Below are positions 39,992 to 49,392 of a stretch of 64,000 nucleotides of DNA, piece by piece. Source of the stretch: a virus (Duplodnaviria; Caudoviricetes); IMG/VR virus record IMGVR_UViG_3300028591_000213, positions 540 to 64,539 of that record; one strand, written 5' to 3'. Position 1 is the stretch's first letter, and the number at the start of each line of letters is the position of its first letter. Under the pieces are notes generated by a model. It was not told the DNA's origin and searched no databases. It worked only from the letters and a program-made list of their open reading frames with translations. A program made the translations under genes and the position numbers.

Positions 39992-41278
39992 ATGAAATAT
40001 TTAAAACTATTTGAAACTACAGCTCAGTATGAAGAAGTTAGGCAAAACTAAGTTTTGCCTAACGTATCATTATGTGAAGATGCTCCAACTACCGTGCATT
40101 ATAATCCTTATGTGCCGCAACATGATTATTCCCAAGACTACTTGACATTCGTTGCATTAAGTCAAGGCACAATAACAATAAATTATGATGAAGCTGATGG
40201 CTCTCCAACTACCATTTCATACAGCACAGATGATGGTACAACTTGGACTCAAATAACAACAACCACAGAACCATATACCATAACGACCCTTAATGTTGGT
40301 GACAAATTACTTTTAAAAGGAAATAATTCAAGTTATTATTATAGTGCTTTAATTAGAGGAACTGCCACATTTGAAGTTTGTGGCAACATAATGTCCTTAA
40401 TCTATGGAGATAACTTTGTCGGGCAAACAACTCTAACAGAAAGCGGTACTTTCGATTCATTTTTTTATGGTAACATTAATCTTATAAGTGCTGAAAATCT
40501 TGTATTACCTGCTACAACGTTAGCAAGTGGCTGTTATCAAAGTATGTTCCAAGGTTGCACCTCGTTAACGACAGCGCCTGAATTACCTGCTACAACGTTG
40601 GCAGACAACTGTTATAATAGTATGTTCGATGGTTGCACCTCGCTAACGACAGCGCCTGAATTACCAGCAGAAACGTTAGCAGACGACTGTTATGATGGTA
40701 TGTTCAGTGGTTGCGACTTGTTAACGACAGCACCTGAATTACCTGCTACAACGTTGGCAGACTACTGTTATAATAGTATGTTCTATGGTTGCACCTCGTT
40801 AACGACAGCGCCTGAATTACCTGCTACAACGTTGGCAGACTACTGTTATAGTAATATGTTCGAAGGTTGCACCTCGTTAACGACAGCACCTGAATTACCC
40901 GCTACAACGTTAGCAAGTGGCTGTTATCAAAGTATGTTCATAGGCTGCACCTCGTTAACGACAGCGCCTGAATTACCTGCTACAACGTTAGAAGAATCAT
41001 GTTATAATAGTATGTTCAGTGGTTGCACCTCGTTAACGACAGCGCCTGAATTACCTGCTACAACGTTAGCAGAATCATGTTATTATCAGATGTTCGATGG
41101 TTGTTCTAATCTAAATAGCATTACTTGTCTTGCAACTGATATAAGTGCAAGTAACTGTACGCAAGCTTGGGTAAATAGTGTTTCATCAAGTGGTACATTT
41201 ACCAAGGCGGAAAGTATGAAAAGTTGGACAAGAGACATTAATGGCATACCAACCTATTGGACGATAAAAGATGCATAG
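39992..41278 (+). CDS. BspA-like leucine-rich-repeat protein A; in-frame TAA at codon 20 (40049-40051)
   Basis: MKYLKLFETTAQYEEVRQN*VLPNVSLC...; 7 full plus 1 partial 26-aa (78-bp) LPATTLxxxCYxxMFxGCTSLTTAPE repeats; the ORF track starts at the TTG after the stop. Confidence 0.8.
40037..40063. promoter_or_regulatory. Perfect 27-bp palindrome (13-bp arms, 1-nt centre) carrying the TAA/TTA codon, copy A
   Basis: GTTAGGCAAAACT-A-AGTTTTGCCTAAC; arms are exact reverse complements. Regulatory role is inferred. Confidence 0.75.
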
Positions 41279-41482
41279 TAACACATATAAAAGGATAGTT
41301 CAAAAGGACTATCCTTTTTATATAATAAAGTGTGATGGATAAAAAGGTATCATAGCATTTGGCAAAAAAATCTGCAAGAACATTATCGTTTCTTGCAGAT
41401 TTGCATATTTATTCAAAAGGAGCGAATTGTGTCAACAGGTATATAATTCCCTTATCTTATTAAATAGATAGCTCCCTTTATT

Positions 41483-42502
41483 TTATAGTTCATATTCCGG
41501 TATTTTCTTTGCATTTTGCAAGCAATATACAATTCCTTTATATCCATATTTTTGATAAATTTCGCTTGGGTCTTTTCCTATTGTGGTATTAATAAATCTT
41601 ATTTTATTATATAGTTTTTCATGGTTAAGTAATGAGTATATCTTCTTTGAGGCATCTTTCGCATCGCCATCCAACCATATATTTATATTTGCATTTGCAT
41701 TTTTAATTATTTCCCAATATAATTTAAAGTCTCTATTTAAAGATTTTCCCAATAATGGAACGGAGTTTGGGACAACAATATGGTCAAATGGCCCTTCTAC
41801 CAATGTTACATCTGCATCCCATTGTATTTTTTCCTCGTTAAATATTATTCCCTTTCTTTCCACTTTTGGGTTATAATATTTTACAACCTTTTCACGGTTC
41901 ATATAATCTCGTCCGGTCCAATAATTTAAATCCCCAAATTTATCATAAGACGGTATATATACTCTATATGATGGCATAAAGCTATCTTTACTGTATTCAA
42001 TATACCCCATATTGAAGCGTTCTATAATATCATAACCAACGCCCCTTGAGAAAAGATAATCCAAAACTTTTTTTGGAGTATATTTTCCTTTAATTATTCT
42101 TTTATAACCTTCTGGCAGACTTAAATCATCAATTTCTACGGATTTTGAATCTATGTTAAAATCATCATTGGAGAAATTTAAACTGTATAACTTGCTTTCA
42201 CGAAATGAACGAATTGCCTCCTTATAATCTTTTAATAATTGTTCATTGCCATATTGTTTAATCAATTTAATTATTGAACCATGCATTGCCTCGTCACCTT
42301 CGTCTGAACACTTCCAACAATTAAATCTCTGTAATTTAAGTGATATAGAACAGTTATATTTTTGTATTTCAGAATTTCCATACTTTTCAATACACCTAGG
42401 GCATGGGTATTCTAATTGAAAACTGCTCGTCATTTCTGACTTAGGATTACCAAGGAATGAATCTAAAATATTTTTCATTTTAATAATTTCATCGGGTATC
42501 AT
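41483..42502 (-). CDS. dnaG: DNA primase (DnaG / T4 gp61-like)
   Basis: Zn finger CPRC...CWKC, KYYNP, TOPRIM VEGPFD and LDGDA, GKDPSE. Confidence 0.9.
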   Translation of the reverse strand: MIPDEIIKMKNILDSFLGNPKSEMTSSFQLEYPCPRCIEKYGNSEIQKYNCSISLKLQRFNCWKCSDEGDEAMHGSIIKLIKQYGNEQLLKDYKEAIRSFRESKLYSLNFSNDDFNIDSKSVEIDDLSLPEGYKRIIKGKYTPKKVLDYLFSRGVGYDIIERFNMGYIEYSKDSFMPSYRVYIPSYDKFGDLNYWTGRDYMNREKVVKYYNPKVERKGIIFNEEKIQWDADVTLVEGPFDHIVVPNSVPLLGKSLNRDFKLYWEIIKNANANINIWLDGDAKDASKKIYSLLNHEKLYNKIRFINTTIGKDPSEIYQKYGYKGIVYCLQNAKKIPEYEL

Positions 42503-42569
42503 CTTTAATTTCTTTTAAAAGTTTTTCTTTAGTGCTTATAATATTTTTATTTATACTTATTTTTGTAAG

Positions 42570-42577
42570 CAAATATA
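42570..42577 (-). promoter_or_regulatory. Bacteroidota-type -7 promoter box upstream of primase
   Basis: Reverse strand tttttatgTATATTTG. Confidence 0.5.
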
Positions 42578-42638
42578 CATAAAAAATCGGAAAAAAACAA
42601 AATTATTTAGATATTTATTATAAAAAATATTATATTAA

Positions 42639-42917
42639 ATGGAAAAGAAAAAACTAATTAGAGATAGAGATTTACTAATGGGTATGGAAATGATGGTTGA
42701 CTATGAACCCGTGGTTTATGGTTATTCACAGCATTACTATTATACCAATCTTTCGGAAGAGTCTGCAATAATTGATGACCATACTCATAGATTTGATGAG
42801 CACTCACTTGATGAGGTTTATGGAAAAATGTGGAAAGATAACTCATTGGATGAAAATAATTTAGAGGATTCTCAGGTTAAATATTTACAGAATGCTCTTT
42901 GGCTATATTATTATTAA
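42639..42917 (+). CDS. Hypothetical protein
   Basis: 92-aa ORF with ATG, acidic. Confidence 0.55.
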   Translation: MEKKKLIRDRDLLMGMEMMVDYEPVVYGYSQHYYYTNLSEESAIIDDHTHRFDEHSLDEVYGKMWKDNSLDENNLEDSQVKYLQNALWLYYY

Positions 42918-42923
42918 AAAAAC

Positions 42924-43238
42924 ATGAAGAGAAATATATTAAAAGAATACGGAGAAACTCCCGAAACAATTAAAAAGATGGCCTTGGCTTCAAAACGGGG
43001 TGTTAAAAATGGAAAATCAGATATATATAATAATTCCCTTGAAACATTAAGAAGAAGAAATGCGCCGAAAAAAGACTTTGATTTTTTTCAATCAAATTTT
43101 GAAACCGATGATGACGGATTTAATGAACAACCAATAAACAATATTACAGAAAATAAAACAATCAGAATAACGGAACAAGACCTTCATAATATTATAAAAG
43201 AATCTGTTAATAAAATATTAAAAGCAATATTAAAATAG
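42924..43238 (+). CDS. Hypothetical protein with C-terminal ITEQDLHNIIKESV motif
   Basis: 104-aa ORF; motif type often seen in small jumbo-phage proteins. Confidence 0.55.
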   Translation: MKRNILKEYGETPETIKKMALASKRGVKNGKSDIYNNSLETLRRRNAPKKDFDFFQSNFETDDDGFNEQPINNITENKTIRITEQDLHNIIKESVNKILKAILK

Positions 43239-43380
43239 GCAATAATAGGAAAATTTATAACGAATTTTACAACCGAAGTTGATTATAATGCGGTGAAAGA
43301 CAATTTGATAAAGCCACACGTTAGCTTAACAAAAGACAATAACTAAGTACATTATCTGCCATTTGACCTATATGCATGGC
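43239..43380 (+). pseudogene. Remnant of an LRR-gene-type leader peptide
   Basis: GKFITNFTTEVDYNAVKDNLIKPHVSLTKDNN*VHYLP aligns with KYLKLFETTAQYEEVRQN*VLPNVSLCEDAPTTVHYNP; no ATG, internal TAA. Confidence 0.55.
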
Positions 43381-43520
43381 ATGATTGCAAACGGTTACAG
43401 CATGTACTTTGGTCGTAGTATCGTGAATTGGCAGCTCATCTACGGCCATTTCGGAGTACTGCCGGTTCGTGGCGTTATTGGTTAATAAATCAAACTATAT
43501 TTATTTCAATTATAAATTTA

Positions 43521-43553
43521 AAAGCGAAGTCATTATTTTTGGCTTCGCTTTTT
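43521..43553. terminator. Bidirectional hairpin terminator overlapping the stop of the 43533 gene
   Basis: AAAAGCGAAGTC-ATTATTTTT-GGCTTCGCTTTT. Confidence 0.6.
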
Positions 43554-44945
43554 TATATATTTAATTGAACCACAGTCATATATTTTATAAGATTTTAAAG
43601 AAGTATAAGTATTACTTTTTTTTGTTCTCTCTATTTTGTTTCCATTTATAAAGGTATAAGATGGTTTAATATATTCATCTTTTTTAAATCCACAAATGGT
43701 AAAAACATTATTATCATTTGACCATCTTCTATCAACAAAAGTAATTAAAGACTTATATTGATAATTTTTTTCAAAAAATGAAATTAATTTAGAGCATATT
43801 CCATCGCAAATATAGTTTATATCTGTTGCTAACCTTTTTAAAATATAATTTTCTCCACTCTTTAAAAAAGATGCTACTCCTATTAGTTCGCCATTATAAA
43901 ATGCCCCTATATTAATACTACTTTTTGTAAAGCTTTCTATATGATTTTTTTTCAAAAATTTATTTGAATCTTCTTTCAATATTTCTTTTATATCACATTT
44001 TCTAGCCATTATTTTTTCTTTTTTATTTAGCCCAAAAATATGTAATATTTTTGATTTTACAATATCATTTTTATTTAGCCATTCATCTTCAAATATTTGA
44101 AGCAGTTTAATTCCATTTTTAAGGCATTCTATAGTTTTACTTAAATGATAGTTTTTGTCTTTTCCGAATTTTTCAGAATGCCATCGTAATCCATTATATT
44201 CTATAGCTATATTAAATTTAGGGGCGAAAATGTCTATTTCTTTCTTAGAGTTTGCAAACAAATTCCTTGTTCTTTCAATTATTTCTATATTATTCTCTCT
44301 TAAAAAGTCTATTATTTCTTGTTCTTGATTCGATACGGAGTGACTACATTTTGGGCATCCATGGCCATGAAGATGACTACTTATTTCTTGAGAAAATATT
44401 CCATGTTCTGGACAGATAATATCAATTTTTTCCTTTTCGTTTTTAATATCTTTTTCAATATACTTGTATTTCGTTTTGTGCTTTTCATTTGCCCGTCTAA
44501 CAAATTCATCAAATCTAATAATTCTATTTTTGTTTTTTGCTTCATTGGCGCATTTTGGACAGCCCCTTCCACTCAAATGATTCTGTGGTGTTTGCCAAAA
44601 TTCACCGTGTTCCGGACAGTTTATACAAATTTTATCTTCACGCGTTTTATATTCTACTTTTGAATAATCATATTTGTTTCCATGAACAGCAATTGCTTTT
44701 TCTAAAAAATTATTAAAAGACTTAATTTTACTATTCTTTATTCTTTCATTTCCACATTGTCTACATCCCTTTCCGTGTAAATGCTCTTGAGCAACTTGCC
44801 AAAATTCGCCATGTCTTGGGCAAATTATGCAAATCTTTTCGTACATTTTTACAATGTTAGATTTTGAGTAGTCATACTTATCGCCATGAACTTGTTTTGC
44901 CCTTTTTAAAAATTCATCTTTTGAAACTATTCTACTCATTGGCAT
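43533..44945 (-). CDS. Zinc-finger-repeat homing-endonuclease-like protein (DUF723-type repeats, PD-(D/E)xK domain, GNAT-like C-terminus)
   Basis: Three repeats VHGDKYDYSK....ICPxHGEFWQ..HL.G.GCPKC; EIDIFAPKFNIAIEYNGLRWHS; KRLAT..TFVDRRWS..YDCG. Confidence 0.78.
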   Translation of the reverse strand: MPMSRIVSKDEFLKRAKQVHGDKYDYSKSNIVKMYEKICIICPRHGEFWQVAQEHLHGKGCRQCGNERIKNSKIKSFNNFLEKAIAVHGNKYDYSKVEYKTREDKICINCPEHGEFWQTPQNHLSGRGCPKCANEAKNKNRIIRFDEFVRRANEKHKTKYKYIEKDIKNEKEKIDIICPEHGIFSQEISSHLHGHGCPKCSHSVSNQEQEIIDFLRENNIEIIERTRNLFANSKKEIDIFAPKFNIAIEYNGLRWHSEKFGKDKNYHLSKTIECLKNGIKLLQIFEDEWLNKNDIVKSKILHIFGLNKKEKIMARKCDIKEILKEDSNKFLKKNHIESFTKSSINIGAFYNGELIGVASFLKSGENYILKRLATDINYICDGICSKLISFFEKNYQYKSLITFVDRRWSNDNNVFTICGFKKDEYIKPSYTFINGNKIERTKKSNTYTSLKSYKIYDCGSIKYIKKRSQK

Positions 44946-45711
44946 CTATGTAAGTTGTCCTATGTTCAGTTTTATCCCAATATGTCACGTCATAATGCAC
45001 TATATGCTCTCCATTGCCGTCACAGCTTTCACCAGTTATATGGGTTTTGAAGTTCAAATCTCCGTATTTGCTATGGTTCATATATCCTAAGCATGCAATA
45101 TAGCTGTCGCTGGCATCGAAGTTCTCTTTCTTTAATTCTCCTTTTTTATCATATATCCATTCGATATCTGGAAAGAGTTCTGAGACTTTTTCTTGCATTA
45201 CCATTTTTTTATCAATTTCCCAGCTATAGCTTCCGAAGAGCACGAGTTTTTCCTTTTTAATTTCATTGATGATTTTATCGTAATCATATTGTTTTCCGTC
45301 TTTTCCGTATTTTCTTATTGCCATTAATTCTGGGAAAGAATATTTTCTGGCGTCGTAGCTTGATATATATTTTGGAACGATTCCCAGAATATTATATATG
45401 CAATCGGAAATCATTCCATTGAATCTTAGCAATACTCCGCATGTTGTTATATTATTGCTTTTCATCAATGGTTCTTCTATGATTACCTCATCTACTCCAA
45501 TATCTTTATATTTGACAATAAATTTTTCAAATATTTGTTTTTTAAGGAAAAGTTGTTCTATGCCTTTTATTTTAGATGATACTTTTGGACTAATATGTGT
45601 TAATTCTATAATTTTTCCATAATCTGAATTATCATCTTCTAGTAGGCAAAATCCGATTGTTTTGGTTGAAATATCTAGTGCCAGCAAAATTTTGTTATTA
45701 TTTTTATCCAT
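44932..45711 (-). CDS. RuvC-like Holliday junction resolvase
   Basis: LALDISTKTIG, VIIEEPL, FDASDS acidic catalytic pattern. Confidence 0.7.
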   Translation of the reverse strand: MDKNNNKILLALDISTKTIGFCLLEDDNSDYGKIIELTHISPKVSSKIKGIEQLFLKKQIFEKFIVKYKDIGVDEVIIEEPLMKSNNITTCGVLLRFNGMISDCIYNILGIVPKYISSYDARKYSFPELMAIRKYGKDGKQYDYDKIINEIKKEKLVLFGSYSWEIDKKMVMQEKVSELFPDIEWIYDKKGELKKENFDASDSYIACLGYMNHSKYGDLNFKTHITGESCDGNGEHIVHYDVTYWDKTEHRTTYIDANE

Positions 45712-45868
45712 TTTTTCTTTTTATATATTTTTCTTTTTTTATTTATTTAAAAATATTTTATATAATAAAATAATAATATTTTATAAAATACAGGACCGGT
45801 TTTTAATAAAAAATAAAATTTTTATAAAAAAAATAAATAAAAAATTATTTTTTTAAAAATATTTTTTG

Positions 45869-45876
45869 TATATTTG
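45869..45876 (+). promoter_or_regulatory. Bacteroidota-type -7 promoter box upstream of the 45896-sbcC-sigma run
   Basis: ttttttgTATATTTG, 19 nt before ATG 45896. Confidence 0.55.
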
Positions 45877-45895
45877 TATTAAATTATAAAATATT

Positions 45896-46249
45896 ATGTT
45901 TATAACGTTACCCAGGAGTTTAGAAAATGATATAATGGAATTTTGCAATTTAAATGATATAAAGGACATTAATTCATTTTTAGTTAATTGTTTGAGGGAT
46001 GGTTTTAATATTATAAAATATGGTTCATCCCCGCAAGATAATTTCAATAAAGAAAATAAGCCTTTAAAAATAGATTATATCAATGATTATAAAGAAAAAG
46101 ACAACGTTGGCGGATTGGAAAAAAATGAAGCCAAAAGAAGGGGTAGGCCAAGAAAAGATGACAGTAAAAAAGAAGAAAGTTTATCAGGACAAGAAGCTAA
46201 GAAAGAAAATTTGACTCCGCAAAAGAAAATACGGATAATTAAGAATTAA
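45896..46249 (+). CDS. Hypothetical protein
   Basis: 117 aa; basic KRRGRPRK (AT-hook-like) segment. Confidence 0.6.
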   Translation: MFITLPRSLENDIMEFCNLNDIKDINSFLVNCLRDGFNIIKYGSSPQDNFNKENKPLKIDYINDYKEKDNVGGLEKNEAKRRGRPRKDDSKKEESLSGQEAKKENLTPQKKIRIIKN

Positions 46250-46255
46250 AAAAAG

Positions 46256-48628
46256 ATGGATAAAATAGGCAAAAATTCGAGAATTACGTTTCATTGGAAA
46301 GTTTCTCCATATGATTATTCAAAAGATAAATTGGACAGTATAGTTGCAAAAGCTAGTAAGAAATATGGTATTCCTAAAGAGCATATAAGTATTATACCAA
46401 ATTTTTCTGAGATTAACGATAAGGGGGAAAAGGTTTCAATGTGTAAAGATATTATTGATAATATACAGGACCCGCAGTTTCAAGTTAAGTTATTTGAAGA
46501 ATATTTATTGGCAAATAATATTACAGGTTATGATTTTGATTTAATTAAAAAAATAGATTCTGAGATAAATGCAAAGATTGATTACAAAGTTATTAGTAAG
46601 AATAGGAGATATTCTATCAAGTGGATTAAGTGGGACAATTTTTTGTCTTATGGAGCCGGCAACTATTTTGATTTTACAACCCTTAATGGCATAGTATCAT
46701 TAAATGGCCAAAATCAAAGTGGTAAAACTACTTTTGGCATAGACCTAATTCATTTTTTGTTGTTTGGCAAAGTTCCAAAGGTTGATGTTCAAAGCAAGAT
46801 ATTCAATAAACATATCGCTGAAGCAACCAATGTTGTTGTTGAAGGATGCCTTGTTATTGATGGAATGGAGTATATAATTAAAAGAACATTATCCAGGCCA
46901 TCTTTGGATAAAAGAACAGAAAAATCAAAGGTAACTCAAAAGGTCGAGTACTATAAGATAGTAAAAGACGTTAAAGAGGAACTAGAAGATTATACTGAGA
47001 ATCAGAGTGAAGAAAATACAGCCCAAACAAATAAGGTAATTAAAGAATCCATTGGCAACGAAAGTGATTTTGATTTGATGATGTCTATCACGGAATCGAA
47101 TTTGGATGATTTAATAAGCATGAAAGAAACTGAAAGAGGAAGAGTATTATCAAGATGGATTGGTTTATTACCTATTGAGGAAAAAGAGTTATTGGCCAAA
47201 GAAAAGTTTAATTTGGAAATAAAACCGTTTTTATTATCAAATAAATATAATTCTGAAACGCTTAAGCAAGAAAACTCTTCTTTTGAAATAAAAATAAAAA
47301 ATATTGAAGAAAAAATTTCAAATTTAAAAAACAATTCTTCAAAGGTTGATAAAGAAATTGAAACGCTTGAAGAAACCAAAAATACTCTTTTACAGGCCAT
47401 CCAAAAGATAGATAATAATTTGGCTCTTATAGATATTACCACTCTTAATTATAAAATAGAAATGCTGACAAATGACGGCATAAAGAAAAAGAATGAAGTT
47501 GAAGAAATTACCAATAAAATAAATAATATTGGAGAAGTAGATTTTTCTGTTGAGAAATACGATAACGCCGTTCAAGAATTGTCATCATTAAAAGAAAAGA
47601 GGGGTAGCTTGGTGGAGAAGCATAAAGCTCTAAAGCATAATATAGAGCACCTTAAGAATAGCGAATTTTGTCCGGTTTGCAAAAGAAAATTGGATAACGT
47701 GGATAATTCAAAACAAATTAAAGAATCTGAATATGAACTTGAAAAGTTAATAGAGAATGGCAAGAAAATAGCAGAATATATTTCAAAATATGAAAGCTTA
47801 ATTCTCTCAATGAAAGAAAAAAGAGATTCATACAATGAGAAATCAAAGCTATCTATGACAAAAGCCGCTTTGGAAATAAACATGTCCAAGTTAAGGGAAC
47901 AATTAAAGGATGCAATGGCTTCTTTAAAAGAATATAATAAAAATAAAGACGCTATTGATAGCAATAATAAAATAAACCTTCAATTGCGCAATAATGATGC
48001 TTTCTTAAAAAATAAAAGACAAGAAAAAGAAAATATAATAAGGGAAATTATTTCATCCGAACAAGATATTGTAAATATAAAAAATTCAATTCAGGGAAAT
48101 AAAGAAATAATTAATAAAATTATAGAAGAAGAAAAATTAATTAAAAATTGGAAGATATATTTGGAATTGGTTGGTAAAAATGGAATTTCAAAAATGGTAT
48201 TTAGAAAAACGCTGCCAATAATTAATGCCAAATTATCACAATTATTAAGTGATGTCTGCGATTTTGACGTTGAAGTTGGAATCAATATGAAAAATGATGT
48301 AATGTTCTATCTTATTAAAGATGGCATACGGTCAGATTTAAGCAGCGGAAGCGGCTTTGAAAAAACAGCAGCATCATTGGCCCTAAGGTCAGTTCTTGCA
48401 GAATTATCAAATATACAAAAATTAAATTTTGCATTACTCGATGAGTTGACCGGTAGGGTTTCGCAAGAAAATTTGGAAAATATACATAATCTAATTGAAA
48501 AAATTTCTAAGAATTTTGACTTTGTATATTTAATCAGCCACAATCAAGAAATTAAAAATTGGGCAAACATCAATGTTACAGTTGAAAAAATTGATAATAT
48601 AAGCAAAATTTTCCTTGCAAAAAAATAA
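46256..48628 (+). CDS. sbcC: SbcC/Rad50-like ATPase (T4 gp46-like)
   Basis: Walker A GQNQSGKTT, coiled coil with CPVC Zn hook, signature LSSGSGFE, Walker B LLDE, LISHN. Confidence 0.9.
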   Translation: MDKIGKNSRITFHWKVSPYDYSKDKLDSIVAKASKKYGIPKEHISIIPNFSEINDKGEKVSMCKDIIDNIQDPQFQVKLFEEYLLANNITGYDFDLIKKIDSEINAKIDYKVISKNRRYSIKWIKWDNFLSYGAGNYFDFTTLNGIVSLNGQNQSGKTTFGIDLIHFLLFGKVPKVDVQSKIFNKHIAEATNVVVEGCLVIDGMEYIIKRTLSRPSLDKRTEKSKVTQKVEYYKIVKDVKEELEDYTENQSEENTAQTNKVIKESIGNESDFDLMMSITESNLDDLISMKETERGRVLSRWIGLLPIEEKELLAKEKFNLEIKPFLLSNKYNSETLKQENSSFEIKIKNIEEKISNLKNNSSKVDKEIETLEETKNTLLQAIQKIDNNLALIDITTLNYKIEMLTNDGIKKKNEVEEITNKINNIGEVDFSVEKYDNAVQELSSLKEKRGSLVEKHKALKHNIEHLKNSEFCPVCKRKLDNVDNSKQIKESEYELEKLIENGKKIAEYISKYESLILSMKEKRDSYNEKSKLSMTKAALEINMSKLREQLKDAMASLKEYNKNKDAIDSNNKINLQLRNNDAFLKNKRQEKENIIREIISSEQDIVNIKNSIQGNKEIINKIIEEEKLIKNWKIYLELVGKNGISKMVFRKTLPIINAKLSQLLSDVCDFDVEVGINMKNDVMFYLIKDGIRSDLSSGSGFEKTAASLALRSVLAELSNIQKLNFALLDELTGRVSQENLENIHNLIEKISKNFDFVYLISHNQEIKNWANINVTVEKIDNISKIFLAKK

Positions 48629-48652
48629 TATTTCGAAATGTTTAACTTTTAA

Positions 48653-49378
48653 ATGACAAATTCATATGTTAATGATTTTAGCACCACCGTAAAAACATAT
48701 TATAATGAGCTAAAAAAATATAAACCAATATCAAGGGAAAAAGAAAAAGAACTTATATATAAAGCAAAAAACGGAGATTTAAAAGCACAAAATGAAATCT
48801 TAACATCAAATTTAAGATTCGTTTTTAATATCGCAAGCAGATATAAAGGAAAGGGAGCACCAATAGATGACCTAATCTCAGAAGGAAACTTGGGACTAAT
48901 TAAAGCAATATATAAGTTTAATCCGGAAAGAAATATTAAATTCATCTCATATGCCGTATGGTGGATTAAAAATTCTATATACGAATTCATTAAAAAAAGA
49001 CAAATGGAATTGAAAATAGAAAAAGAAGAAGACTCATTGTATATAGTAAATCCAGAAAGCCTTTTAAAAGATGAAAGCGATGATGATTATGCCAATAAAA
49101 TTGAAACAGTGCTTTCAGACGAAAATGATAATAAAACAAAAGAATTACAAAAAGGCCAAAAAACTATAGTGAATAAAATATTGTCAAAATTAAACAATAG
49201 GGAACGATTTGTTATTGAACAATATTACGGCATAAATTGCGATGAAAAAAATTTAGAAGAAATTGGAAAAATATTAGGAATAACCAAAGAACGTGTAAGA
49301 CAAATAAAAAGATGTGCCTTAAATAAAATGAGGTCAGACGTTTTACTTTTGGAAGTTTCAGAATATTTATTTAAGTAA
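48653..49378 (+). CDS. Sigma-70-family RNA polymerase sigma factor
   Basis: NLRFVFNIA, DDLISEGNLGLIKA, FISYAVWWI, LEEIGKILGITKERVRQI. Confidence 0.92.
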   Translation: MTNSYVNDFSTTVKTYYNELKKYKPISREKEKELIYKAKNGDLKAQNEILTSNLRFVFNIASRYKGKGAPIDDLISEGNLGLIKAIYKFNPERNIKFISYAVWWIKNSIYEFIKKRQMELKIEKEEDSLYIVNPESLLKDESDDDYANKIETVLSDENDNKTKELQKGQKTIVNKILSKLNNRERFVIEQYYGINCDEKNLEEIGKILGITKERVRQIKRCALNKMRSDVLLLEVSEYLFK

Positions 49379-49392
49379 AATTATAAATTATT

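Larger units (their letters stand above)
39860..41451 (+). mobile_element. LRR cassette A: ~1.59-kb unit bounded by imperfect terminal inverted repeats, no transposase
   Basis: Left end GGGAACGATATGCCTGTTGATACAAG, right end TTGTGTCAACAGGTATATAATTCCC; both non-coding flanks are near-identical to cassette B in inverted orientation. Confidence 0.65.

Noticed and set aside
40507-41130. CRISPR array or bona fide DGR
   Set aside because: The 78-bp repeats are in-frame coding LRR units without unique spacers; no cas gene, reverse transcriptase or separate template repeat is in the window
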